41,703 nucleotides of DNA from Acidobacteriota bacterium (GTDB lineage Bacteria; Acidobacteriota; Blastocatellia; HR10; J050). Below are positions 1-7,618 of the stretch, in pieces. Every line of letters starts with the position of its first letter. The stretch's first letter is position 1. The notes under the pieces were generated by a model, which saw only the letters and a list, made by a program, of their open reading frames with translations, did no database searches and was not told the origin of the DNA. The position numbers and the translations under genes were made by a program. The DNA is taken from the NCBI GenBank assembly GCA_003696865.1, contig RFHM01000075.1, positions 1 to 41,703 of the forward strand, read 5' to 3'.

Positions 1-167
1 ACGGACGACCGAGGTTCTCTTTTCATCCTCGCGATGTGGCTCGGCACGCGCCATGAACGACTCCCCTCGAAAATCACCGCAGAGGCACAGAGAACGCAAA
101 GATCTTCCAACAGGCTCTTTTCATCCTCTCGGTGTGGCTCGGGTGCGCCGAGGGCTGACTCCCTCGG
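1..167. repeat. Copy A (cut by the window edge) of a dispersed intergenic mosaic repeat
   Basis: The module ctcttttcatcc..gcgatgtggctcg..gcgccatgaacgactccc.tcgaaaatcaccgcagaggcacagagaacgcaaagatc..ccaacagg starts at 17 and again at 115 (period about 98 nt). Near-identical modules occur at 16831-16990 and 40321-40527. Confidence 0.8.
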
Positions 168-168
168 C

Positions 169-435
169 TCAGGACCGGGATTCGTTATGGTGGGAGGCGG
201 GATGAGTTTCCTTCCAGCGTTCGCGTAACAGGCGATGGAGACGTTCCCGAAACGGTCGTGAAGGTTCATACAGCTCGCCACTTTTGTAGAGAGTGATGGT
301 TTTGCGGATATTGTCCACGACGACTTGGCAAGGGTTACATCCCGCCAGGTGTTCTTCCAGATCTTCGCACACGGCGGGATCGATGTCGCCGTCTACGTAA
401 TCGTTCAGCAGGGCGAGTAGCTCTTCACACTTCAT
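169..435 (-). CDS. Cytoplasmic zinc-binding anti-sigma factor (ZAS, RsrA-like)
   Basis: MKCEELLALLNDYVDGD...EEHLAGCNPC carries the HxxxCxxC ZAS motif plus an N-terminal Cys, with no TM segment. I chose the internal ATG at 435 because GGGAGGTC lies just upstream. It sits downstream of the ECF sigma gene on the same strand. Confidence 0.8.
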   Translation of the reverse strand: MKCEELLALLNDYVDGDIDPAVCEDLEEHLAGCNPCQVVVDNIRKTITLYKSGELYEPSRPFRERLHRLLRERWKETHPASHHNESRS

Positions 436-549
436 GACGATGACCTCCCGTTCAGAGTAGAGGCGCAGAGGCGACAAAAGTTACAAAGAATGAATGGCGC
501 CGGGAGGATGTCGTCGCACCTCGGAGCTCTCAACCCACTTGTGACCGTC

Positions 550-1179
550 TCAACCATGGTCGTGTCTGGCGGCCACCTTGGTCGCTTCATCGCCGAAGGC
601 GCGGGTTAGTCGCTCGCGCAATTGCAGTCGCGCGCGCAGGAGCCGCACCTTCACGTTCGACTCGGTGAGGCCCAGGACGGTGGCCGTTTCCTTCACCGAC
701 AATCCCTCCACATCCCGGAGCAGGAAGACCACGCGATACTTCTCGTCGAGTTCGCTCAACGCCTCCTCCAGGAGTTGGCGCGTTTCTTTCTTCTCCAGGA
801 GCCGCTCGGGATTCTCGCGCCAGTCGGCGATGAACTCCGGATGAGGGATGGCACCCGAATGATCGTCGGGGTCCGTCGCTTGCTCGAGCGAGACGAAGGG
901 AACCCCTTTCCGCCGTCTCAGGATCTTGAGCGCGGCGTGCGTGGCGATGCGCGTGAGCCAGGTGTGAAAGCTGGCCTCCTCACGGAAATCGTGCAGATGT
1001 TCCAACGCGCTCAGGAAGGTTTCCTGGGTCACATCTTCGGCGTCTTCGGGAACCTGGACGATGCGTCGGGCCAACGTGTAGATGCGCCGTTCATACCGGG
1101 TCACCAACTCTTCGAATGCTGCCAGCTCGCCCGCCTTGGCCCGGCGCACGAGATCTGTTTCCGCCACGTGATCAGCCAC
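550..1179 (-). CDS. ECF-type RNA polymerase sigma-70 family factor
   Basis: Region 2 (DVTQETFLSALEHLHDFREEASFHTWLTRIATHAALKILRRRK) and region 4 (LSVKETATVLGLTESNVKVRLLRARLQLRERL) are recognisable. The start is uncertain: I used the GTG at 1179 after GGAGGCGAAGG, and the ORF-track start at 1320 adds an implausible Arg-rich leader. Confidence 0.8.
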   Translation of the reverse strand: MADHVAETDLVRRAKAGELAAFEELVTRYERRIYTLARRIVQVPEDAEDVTQETFLSALEHLHDFREEASFHTWLTRIATHAALKILRRRKGVPFVSLEQATDPDDHSGAIPHPEFIADWRENPERLLEKKETRQLLEEALSELDEKYRVVFLLRDVEGLSVKETATVLGLTESNVKVRLLRARLQLRERLTRAFGDEATKVAARHDHG

Positions 1180-1202
1180 GATGACCCTTCGCCTCCGCCC
1201 AC

Positions 1203-1231
1203 ATCTTAGTATGTGTCCGTCAAATTGACAA
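1203..1231 (-). promoter_or_regulatory. Sigma-70-like promoter candidate for the ECF sigma operon (TTGTCA-N17-TAAGAT)
   Basis: The minus strand reads TTGTCA (1231-1226), a 17-nt spacer, then TAAGAT (1208-1203), about 25 nt upstream of the proposed start. Confidence 0.3.
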
Positions 1232-1651
1232 TCCTCCTCTCCCGCAAGCGGCGATCGCGGCGCATCTTCCGGCCGCTCTCTCGCCCAGGGCGAAACGCGT
1301 TCGTGGGCGTCCCACCCCATCCGGGAGGCGATGTGGACGAGGCGTGCTCACCATGGCGCGAGTCGAAGCGAACGGGCCACCGGATGTGGCGCGGACCAAC
1401 GAAGCGGTCGGGCGATGTTCCAGGCGACCATCTCGTCGTATCCCGGGGAATGGATGTGGATTCGTTCCAGAGGCGTAGCGCCTGGAGGGCCGGTCCCGGT
1501 CAAGATATTTTGTAACTCTTTGGCCGGGAAAGGATCAATAACAAGCAGCCATTATGGAAATCGTTCACATCGGATACAGAACGGAGGAGAGGGGGCTCTC
1601 GACGCATCGCCGCCCTCTGTGCGTTCGACGAGAAATTGAGGAGGAAGACCA

Positions 1652-3109
1652 ATGCACTATCCCTGGTGGTATGTTCCATTCCTCACTTCGCCGATGCTCA
1701 TCGCCGTCATCTCGGTCCTTCACGTGATCGTCTCCCACTATGCCGTCGGCGGAGGATTGTTTCTGGCCGTCGAGACCCGATACGCCTATCGTACGGGAAA
1801 TAGCGCCTACTTGAGCTATTTGAAAGAGCATGCCTGGTTCTTCATCCTGGTGACCGTCGTCTACGGCGCGATCACCGGGGTGGGAATCTGGTGGACGATC
1901 GGGTTGGCCTCGCCCCTGGCCACGGAGATGCTCATTCATACCTTCGTCTTCGGGTGGGCGATGGAATACGTCTTTTTCGTCCTGGAGATCATCTCGGCAT
2001 TCATCTTCTACTATTATTGGGGACGACTGGAACCGAAGACGCATCAGGTGATCGGTTGGATTTATGCCGCATCGGCCTGGATGAGCCTGGTTCTCATCAC
2101 GGGCATTACGGCGTTCATGCTCAATCCCGGCGCGTGGCCGGAGCATCCCACTTTCTGGGGAGGATTTTTCAATCCCCAATTCATTCCCCAGGTGCTGGCG
2201 CGAACCGGTGGGGCTTTCTTACTGGCTTCGTTGTATGTCTATCTGCACGCCGCGTTCAAAGCGAAGGATCAGGAACTGCGCGATCTCATCGGCTTGCGCT
2301 CGGCTCGGCCGGCGCTGTTGGGAGCCGTCCTGGTGATTGTCGGTGGGCTCGGATGGTACCTCGCTCTGCCCCAATCGGCCAGGGCGGCGCTGGAGGCAGC
2401 CAGTGTGCTGAACGTGTTGATGGTGCTCATTTTCGTCATCACCGTGGCCGTCTTCGTGATGCTCTATCTGGGACCTTATCGTCATCCCGGTTGGCTGTCG
2501 CCGGGATTCGCCATCCTCTTCTTCGCCTTCGGCGTGGCCGCCATCACTACCGGCGAGTACATCCGCGAAGCGGTGCGCAAGCCGTATATCATCTACAACG
2601 TCGTCCTGGGGAATCAGGTGCTGGTCGATGAGATCCCTCGACTTCGCCAATCGGGTTTCCTGGAAGGGGGAACCTGGACGCGGGCGTTCGTCGCTCATCG
2701 CTATCCGCAGGTGATGAATGGGAAAGAGATTGACGAATCGCGGCTGCTGCAGCTCCCCGAGGCCGATCAGCGAAAGCTCGGTGAGGTGCTGTTCCAGTAT
2801 CACTGCAATGACTGTCATGCCCAGAGAAGAGGATTTTCGGCCGTGGGCCAGTTGATGCGCGGCTGGACGCCGGAGATGGTGCGTACGGTCGTCGAGCAGC
2901 CGGAGAAGGTGCACTTCTTCATGCCCCCTTGGTCGGGGACGCCCGAAGAGGCCGAGCTGTTGACCCGATACCTATTGAGCATCGCCGAGCCAGCGCCGGG
3001 CGGCATGCGCTACGGTGAGCAGCGCAGCGATCGTGGGTCATCTGCTTCCGATCCCGAGGGGAGATCCAACGACCGTTCCGGGCGAGTCGATGGCTCGGCG
3101 AGGAGGTGA
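1652..3109 (+). CDS. Cytochrome bd subunit I (CydA)-like polytopic membrane protein fused to a C-terminal monohaem cytochrome c domain
   Basis: N-terminal LHVIVSHYAVGGGLFLAVE and FGWAMEYVFFVLEIISAFIFYYYWGRL resemble the CydA helix-I His and the EGxxAFFLESxF..FGWxRL region. There are about 8-9 hydrophobic spans and a C-terminal soluble part with CNDCH (CxxCH). RBS GAGGAGGAAGACCA precedes the ATG. Confidence 0.6.
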   Translation: MHYPWWYVPFLTSPMLIAVISVLHVIVSHYAVGGGLFLAVETRYAYRTGNSAYLSYLKEHAWFFILVTVVYGAITGVGIWWTIGLASPLATEMLIHTFVFGWAMEYVFFVLEIISAFIFYYYWGRLEPKTHQVIGWIYAASAWMSLVLITGITAFMLNPGAWPEHPTFWGGFFNPQFIPQVLARTGGAFLLASLYVYLHAAFKAKDQELRDLIGLRSARPALLGAVLVIVGGLGWYLALPQSARAALEAASVLNVLMVLIFVITVAVFVMLYLGPYRHPGWLSPGFAILFFAFGVAAITTGEYIREAVRKPYIIYNVVLGNQVLVDEIPRLRQSGFLEGGTWTRAFVAHRYPQVMNGKEIDESRLLQLPEADQRKLGEVLFQYHCNDCHAQRRGFSAVGQLMRGWTPEMVRTVVEQPEKVHFFMPPWSGTPEEAELLTRYLLSIAEPAPGGMRYGEQRSDRGSSASDPEGRSNDRSGRVDGSARR

Positions 3110-3111
3110 TC

Positions 3112-4248
3112 ATGGAGCCGACAACGTTGATGGGGCCGTCTAATCCGCTGGGATATCCAGCCCCCTACTGGTTTCTCGTTCTGTTCAAGGTGCTGGGCTT
3201 CACGCTGCACATGATTCCCATGAACCTGTGGTATGCCGGGATCATCGTGGCGATGGTGCTCTCCTGGCGTGGAGACGCACATGCTCGGCGCGTCTCACAT
3301 CGCTTGATGAAACCGATGCCCGTCATCATCGCGCTGGGCGTCAATTTCGGCATCGTCCCGCTGCTGTTCCTGCAAGTGGCTTATTACAAGGTGTTCTACC
3401 CGGCCACCATTCTCATGGCCTGGCCCTGGCTGGCCATTATCGTCCTGTTGACGGTGGCTTACTATGGCGTGTATGTCTACGTGGCCGGGTTGCGCCGAGG
3501 CGATGAAGAGATTGCGGCGTGGCGACGAGCGGTCGGTTGGCTGACAGCATTCCTGTTTCTGGTGATGGGGTTTCTGTTCGCCAATGCTTTCAGCCTGATG
3601 ACGCACGTCGAAGCGTGGCCAAAGCTCTGGCGCGCGACCGGCGTGGCCGGTGCTCCTCTGGGGATCGCGTTGAACGTGGATGATCCTACACTCTGGCCGC
3701 GCTGGTTGATGATGTTCGGGTTGGCTCTGACGACGACGGGGGCTTATATCGCCGTCGATGCCGGTCTGTTGGCTCGACGGGAGAGTGAGCATTATCGGCG
3801 CGCGGCGATGCGAATTGCCCTGAAGGTGTATACCGTGGGACTCATTTGGTTCGCCGTGTTCGGCTCCTGGTATGTGTTCGGCACCTGGTCGGTGGAATTA
3901 CGGGGGATGATGTTCAGCGAACCGTGGGTGGTGTTGACCGGGTTGACGGCCATCGCTCCCGGCCTGCCGTGGCTCCTGATTCTCACGGGCGGGCGAAAGA
4001 TGACGCCCCGGTGGGCGACGCTGGTGGGTGGAGCGCAATTCCTGGTCATCGCCCTCAACGCCATCAGTCGTCAGATCGTGCAGAATGCCGAACTTCGTCC
4101 CTATCTGGACGTCACCGCCGAACGCGTCAATATTCAATGGAGCCCGATGGTCCTGTTTCTGTTGCTGTTCGTTGCCGGTTTGGGCGTGGTGGCGTGGATG
4201 CTGCGGAAGCTGGTGGGTCGAGGTGAACTGGTGGGTTCGGGCCGATGA
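3112..4248 (+). CDS. Polytopic integral membrane protein, putative partner subunit of the CydA-like protein
   Basis: About 10 hydrophobic helices. The AGGAGG at 3101-3106 lies 5 nt before the ATG at 3112. The upstream TGA (3107-3109) lies within this RBS-start spacing, which suggests translational coupling. I recognise no named family. Confidence 0.6.
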   Translation: MEPTTLMGPSNPLGYPAPYWFLVLFKVLGFTLHMIPMNLWYAGIIVAMVLSWRGDAHARRVSHRLMKPMPVIIALGVNFGIVPLLFLQVAYYKVFYPATILMAWPWLAIIVLLTVAYYGVYVYVAGLRRGDEEIAAWRRAVGWLTAFLFLVMGFLFANAFSLMTHVEAWPKLWRATGVAGAPLGIALNVDDPTLWPRWLMMFGLALTTTGAYIAVDAGLLARRESEHYRRAAMRIALKVYTVGLIWFAVFGSWYVFGTWSVELRGMMFSEPWVVLTGLTAIAPGLPWLLILTGGRKMTPRWATLVGGAQFLVIALNAISRQIVQNAELRPYLDVTAERVNIQWSPMVLFLLLFVAGLGVVAWMLRKLVGRGELVGSGR

Positions 4249-4267
4249 GAGGAATTCATCGAAGTCG

Positions 4268-4288
4268 CCTGTGGTCCGGGGCCACAGG
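4268..4288 (+). terminator. Hairpin immediately downstream of the membrane-protein gene (CCTGTGG-N7-CCACAGG)
   Basis: A 7-bp perfect stem lies 20 nt after the stop codon. There is no U-tract, so this is only terminator-like. Confidence 0.3.
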
Positions 4289-4468
4289 GCGAGGATGAGA
4301 ATGGACCGTCGAGGCGCTGGAGCGCAAGATACCACCTTGCGCACGCTCTATTTTCGCAGAAGTCTCGGAGTGCCGATGAATGGGAGGACTCAGCGCCGAT
4401 GGACCGGACGATGAACGATGCTCGAACTCTCCATCGGCGCCTCGGCACTCGGAGCCAAGGAGGGAGTC

Positions 4469-5335
4469 ATGGAAACATTCCAACCGAGACGCATCCTGTG
4501 TCCAACCGATTTCAGCGAGTTGGCGACATTCGCCTTGAAGTATGCCAGAGAGGTCGCTCAATGTTTTCATGGGCGATTGCTCATCATGTATGCCGATCCG
4601 TTCTTGCCGCCGCCGCATTTCACGGCCCGACAGGTGGATGAACTCGTCCAGGCGCTGGAGCGTTCCAAGATGGCGGCGCGGGAGGCGCTGGCCGACTATG
4701 TGTGGAAACACGTGGGTGATCGCGTGGAGACCGAATCGTTGGTCGTGGAGGATTGGCCCGTGCCCGCCATCCTGCGCACTGCTGAGGAGCGAGACGTCGA
4801 TCTCATCGTCATGGGAACCCATGGACGGCGCGGACTGAGTCGTGTGATGCTCGGTTCGGTCACCGAGCGGGTTCTTCGGGAGACGGATCGACCAGTGCTC
4901 ACCGTTCGATACAAGCAGGGAGCGGAGAAGGAGCACCCCATCTCCATCACGCGCATCCTCTGTCCGGTGAATTTCACCGACGTAGCCATGAAGGCGCTCG
5001 GTCATGCCGTTTCCATGGCCCGATGTTTCGATGCTCAACTGGTCGTGCTCAACGTCGTCGAGTCGCCAGGTGGGGAATCGAGCGAACAAGAAGAACTCGA
5101 TCGACTCTGTGCCTGGGTGCCCGGTGACGTGCGCTCCAGTTGTCACGTGCAGGAAATGGTCCGGCGGGGCCATGCTGCCGAGCAGATCATCGACGTGGCC
5201 GCGTCCATTGGCTGCGATCTCATCGTCCTGGGAGCGCAGCACCGGCGATTTTCCGATACCACCGTGATTGGGACGACCACCGAGCGCGTCACCCGACACG
5301 CCCCCTGTCCGGTATTGACGGTCATTCGGCGGTGA
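4469..5335 (+). CDS. Tandem universal stress protein (two UspA domains)
   Basis: Two repeats end in the USP ATP-binding motifs LIVMGTHGRRGLSRVMLGSVTERVLRETDRPVLTV and LIVLGAQHRRFSDTTVIGTTTERVTRHAPCPVLTV. I used the ATG at 4469, which is preceded by AAGGAGGGAGTC. Confidence 0.85.
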   Translation: METFQPRRILCPTDFSELATFALKYAREVAQCFHGRLLIMYADPFLPPPHFTARQVDELVQALERSKMAAREALADYVWKHVGDRVETESLVVEDWPVPAILRTAEERDVDLIVMGTHGRRGLSRVMLGSVTERVLRETDRPVLTVRYKQGAEKEHPISITRILCPVNFTDVAMKALGHAVSMARCFDAQLVVLNVVESPGGESSEQEELDRLCAWVPGDVRSSCHVQEMVRRGHAAEQIIDVAASIGCDLIVLGAQHRRFSDTTVIGTTTERVTRHAPCPVLTVIRR

Positions 5336-5479
5336 GAAGCGAGAACCGCGATCGTTGCCGGGTGTCCGGCCGCCCGTCTCGCCGTCGATTCGGTCGGGAG
5401 AGGGCCCGTTGGGAGTTCCCGCTTCGACTGACTGGCCAGCGTTCGGTGACGAGCATCCCGATGGGGAACCGCTCGGCCA

Positions 5480-6754
5480 TCAGTAAACGAACTCCCGGAT
5501 GTCGTAGAGGGAGATCTTGGGCTGTTCGTTCTTGGGAAACCGCAATCCCGAGCGAATGGCGTCCAGTTGTGCTCTTCGCTCGGCGTCGGTGAGAGCGCGA
5601 ATGCCTTCCTCGGCGGCTCGTTGCTGGTACTCCGAATCGGGAGACGGGAAGAGCGGCGAGAAGTAGATGATATCCCCTCGCCCTAACGGCATGGCGTTGA
5701 GCAGTTGAATGGTGCGATCGATGTGCTCCCGAAAATAGCGATCACCACCGGCACCGATCAGAATAATGACGCCCACACGCAGACCGGCCCGCTTGACGGC
5801 TCGCGTCACTTCCAGGGCCTGCTCGGCCGTGGCCGGCTTGTTCAAGAACTTCAGGAGTTCGTCCGAACCCGTCTCTACGCCCAGGTACACGCGGCGAAGG
5901 TGTCGGCGCCGAAGTTGGCGAAAATCGGCTTCCGTCTTCTTGTATCCGGTGAAAGCATCGATGAACGAATAGATGCCTCGAAAGACGTGACTGCCGTCGT
6001 CCTCCGGCCGGGCGCGCTCATCGGCGATGATGAACGCCTCGTTGATGAGATCGAAGAAGCGGATCAGCCGTTCTTGAGGGATGACCAAGGCATTGGCGTC
6101 GCCGAGAAAGATGGATCGTCGTAATCGGATTCCCTGACCGAAGAATTGCTTGACGCCTTCGATGTGGCGAATGAATTCTTCCTCCGACTTGATGTGGAAC
6201 CGCTGATGTCGATAGAAATGACAAAACGTGCATCGGTTCCAGTGGCACCCTTCGGTCGCCTGGAGCACGAGCGAGAGATATTGATCGGGCGGCAGGATGG
6301 TCACCGGCGTGTACACGGCAGCGAACCGCTCGCGCTCTCGCTCCAGGCGCTCGACATTCCAGTTCACGATCTGATCGAGCCGATGCACGAGTTGCTCGGC
6401 TACTTGCTCCTGATCACCATCGCTTCGGGTCACGCGCAATTCGTGGTGCGCGAGCTGGTGAAGGAGTGCCTGCATACGCGACCACACCTGACTCAGGAAT
6501 TGCCGCTTTTCGTCCGGCTTCAGCTCTTCGATGTGCTTCCAGGGCGCTCCTCGATGTCGCTCGCGCCACTTCTTGACCACCCGATTGTCCAGCGTGCGGA
6601 TGTACGTTTGATCGTTCATCCAGGCGGTGAGCAACCGCCCCTCCAGATCGAATGAATAGACCTCGCGCTCATCGAACATGATGGCCAGCGACGTTGGCTT
6701 GAGACTGAACACGATTCGCTGGCGAGGCTCAGTGGCTTGGAATTCGACGAGCAT
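5480..6754 (-). CDS. Radical SAM domain protein with a roughly 170-aa N-terminal extension
   Basis: Cys triad LQATEGCHWNRCTFCHFY, followed by TIM-barrel-like strands (IFLGDANAL, VYLGVETGS, VGVIILIGAGG). The start is set at MLVEFQ (6754) after GGGAGGAAGAAGAGGAT. The track's 122-aa extension has no coding character. Confidence 0.7.
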   Translation of the reverse strand: MLVEFQATEPRQRIVFSLKPTSLAIMFDEREVYSFDLEGRLLTAWMNDQTYIRTLDNRVVKKWRERHRGAPWKHIEELKPDEKRQFLSQVWSRMQALLHQLAHHELRVTRSDGDQEQVAEQLVHRLDQIVNWNVERLERERERFAAVYTPVTILPPDQYLSLVLQATEGCHWNRCTFCHFYRHQRFHIKSEEEFIRHIEGVKQFFGQGIRLRRSIFLGDANALVIPQERLIRFFDLINEAFIIADERARPEDDGSHVFRGIYSFIDAFTGYKKTEADFRQLRRRHLRRVYLGVETGSDELLKFLNKPATAEQALEVTRAVKRAGLRVGVIILIGAGGDRYFREHIDRTIQLLNAMPLGRGDIIYFSPLFPSPDSEYQQRAAEEGIRALTDAERRAQLDAIRSGLRFPKNEQPKISLYDIREFVY

Positions 6755-7143
6755 ATCCTCTTCTTCCTCCCGGGCCGTGCGCCTGGCCTCACAATCATAA
6801 TTGTCTGAAAACTCTCGGGTCTCCTCGCGTATGTTATACCAGCTCGGTGAGCGAGTGCAATGGGGGCGCTGAAGAATGCCCACCCAAGAGCGCCGTCTTT
6901 CCCAGCCTGTTATCGCTGCACTATTGAATGCGCACTCACCGCCATCCTGGGTCTGCCCGATGGTGATCCGGACATTGTGGGCGGCGATTCGGCCGGTCGA
7001 TCTGGGTGATATGGCGCAAGGGAGGGGGAAGATACGGATATGTGCGTCTGCGGCTTCATGATGAACTGACGGATCTTCAACGAGTTGGTCTCTGCCGGGA
7101 CCGTGGCACGCCGTTTGCAACGCTTTGGTATAAGGAGGGACTT

Positions 7144-7566
7144 ATGGTGAGTTGGCGGGCCAAGCCTACGCCCTGGGAATCCGGGGATGGCTCTCCCCTG
7201 GTGTTGCCGGGGAGCGCGCCGATGACGGATTGCGGATTCGCCGGGGGACACCTCGTACATGGATTGACCGAAACGCTGGAGGCCTTGAACCGGGGGCGCG
7301 TACAGAAGCTCATCGTGTGTGCCAATCGAGCTCCAATTCCGGGATGGCGATGCCGCAACTGTCGCGCTCTCCATGTGCGAAGGGAGCGAGAGGCCGAAGT
7401 CTGTCCGTCTTGTGGCTCGACGCTCCTGGATGCGGTGGATGTGAGAGCAGAAATCCTGCGGCGGGCCTACCGTCTCGGTTGTGCCATTGAGATCAGAAGC
7501 CGGTGTCCAGAACTGGAATTCGCCCAGGGGATCGCCGCTGTGGTGACAAGGGAGAGAAGAAAATGA
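7144..7566 (+). CDS. Small eRF1 domain-3-like protein (bacterial/archaeal eRF1-like family C-terminal domain) with an embedded Cys4 zinc ribbon
   Basis: GGHLVHGLTETLEALNRGRVQKLIV ... CRNC..(12).. CPSC ... GCAIEIRS...LEFAQGIAAVV matches the layout of the eRF1/Pelota/baeRF C-terminal domain. The ATG at 7144 is preceded by TAAGGAGGGACTT. Confidence 0.5.
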   Translation: MVSWRAKPTPWESGDGSPLVLPGSAPMTDCGFAGGHLVHGLTETLEALNRGRVQKLIVCANRAPIPGWRCRNCRALHVRREREAEVCPSCGSTLLDAVDVRAEILRRAYRLGCAIEIRSRCPELEFAQGIAAVVTRERRK

Positions 7567-7618
7567 CGAAGAATCGGCCCTCACACCATCGTCTCTCTCC
7601 ACTCCGCGGCGGTCCCCG

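Noticed and set aside
1-167. Possibility that the ~97-nt periodic repeats (also at 16831-16990 and 40321-40527) are CRISPR arrays
   Set aside because: The period is too long. Only two units occur per locus. The 'spacer' modules are themselves conserved between loci, and no cas genes are present.
34-228. 64-aa ORF (MWLGTRHERLPSKITAEAQRTQR...)
   Set aside because: It lies entirely inside repeat copy A. The equivalent frames in copies B and C are interrupted or differ, so it is a translation artefact of the repeat.
4256-5299. 347-aa minus-strand ORF
   Set aside because: It is antisense to the tandem USP gene and has no recognisable motifs or RBS.
6755-7120. 122-aa N-terminal extension of the radical SAM ORF in the track
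   Set aside because: It has no coding character and no RBS at 7120. A strong RBS precedes the internal ATG at 6754. Similar over-extensions were trimmed for the ORFs starting at 477, 1320, 4418, 9721, 12525, 15399, 16407, 20174, 21833, 22122 and 29446.
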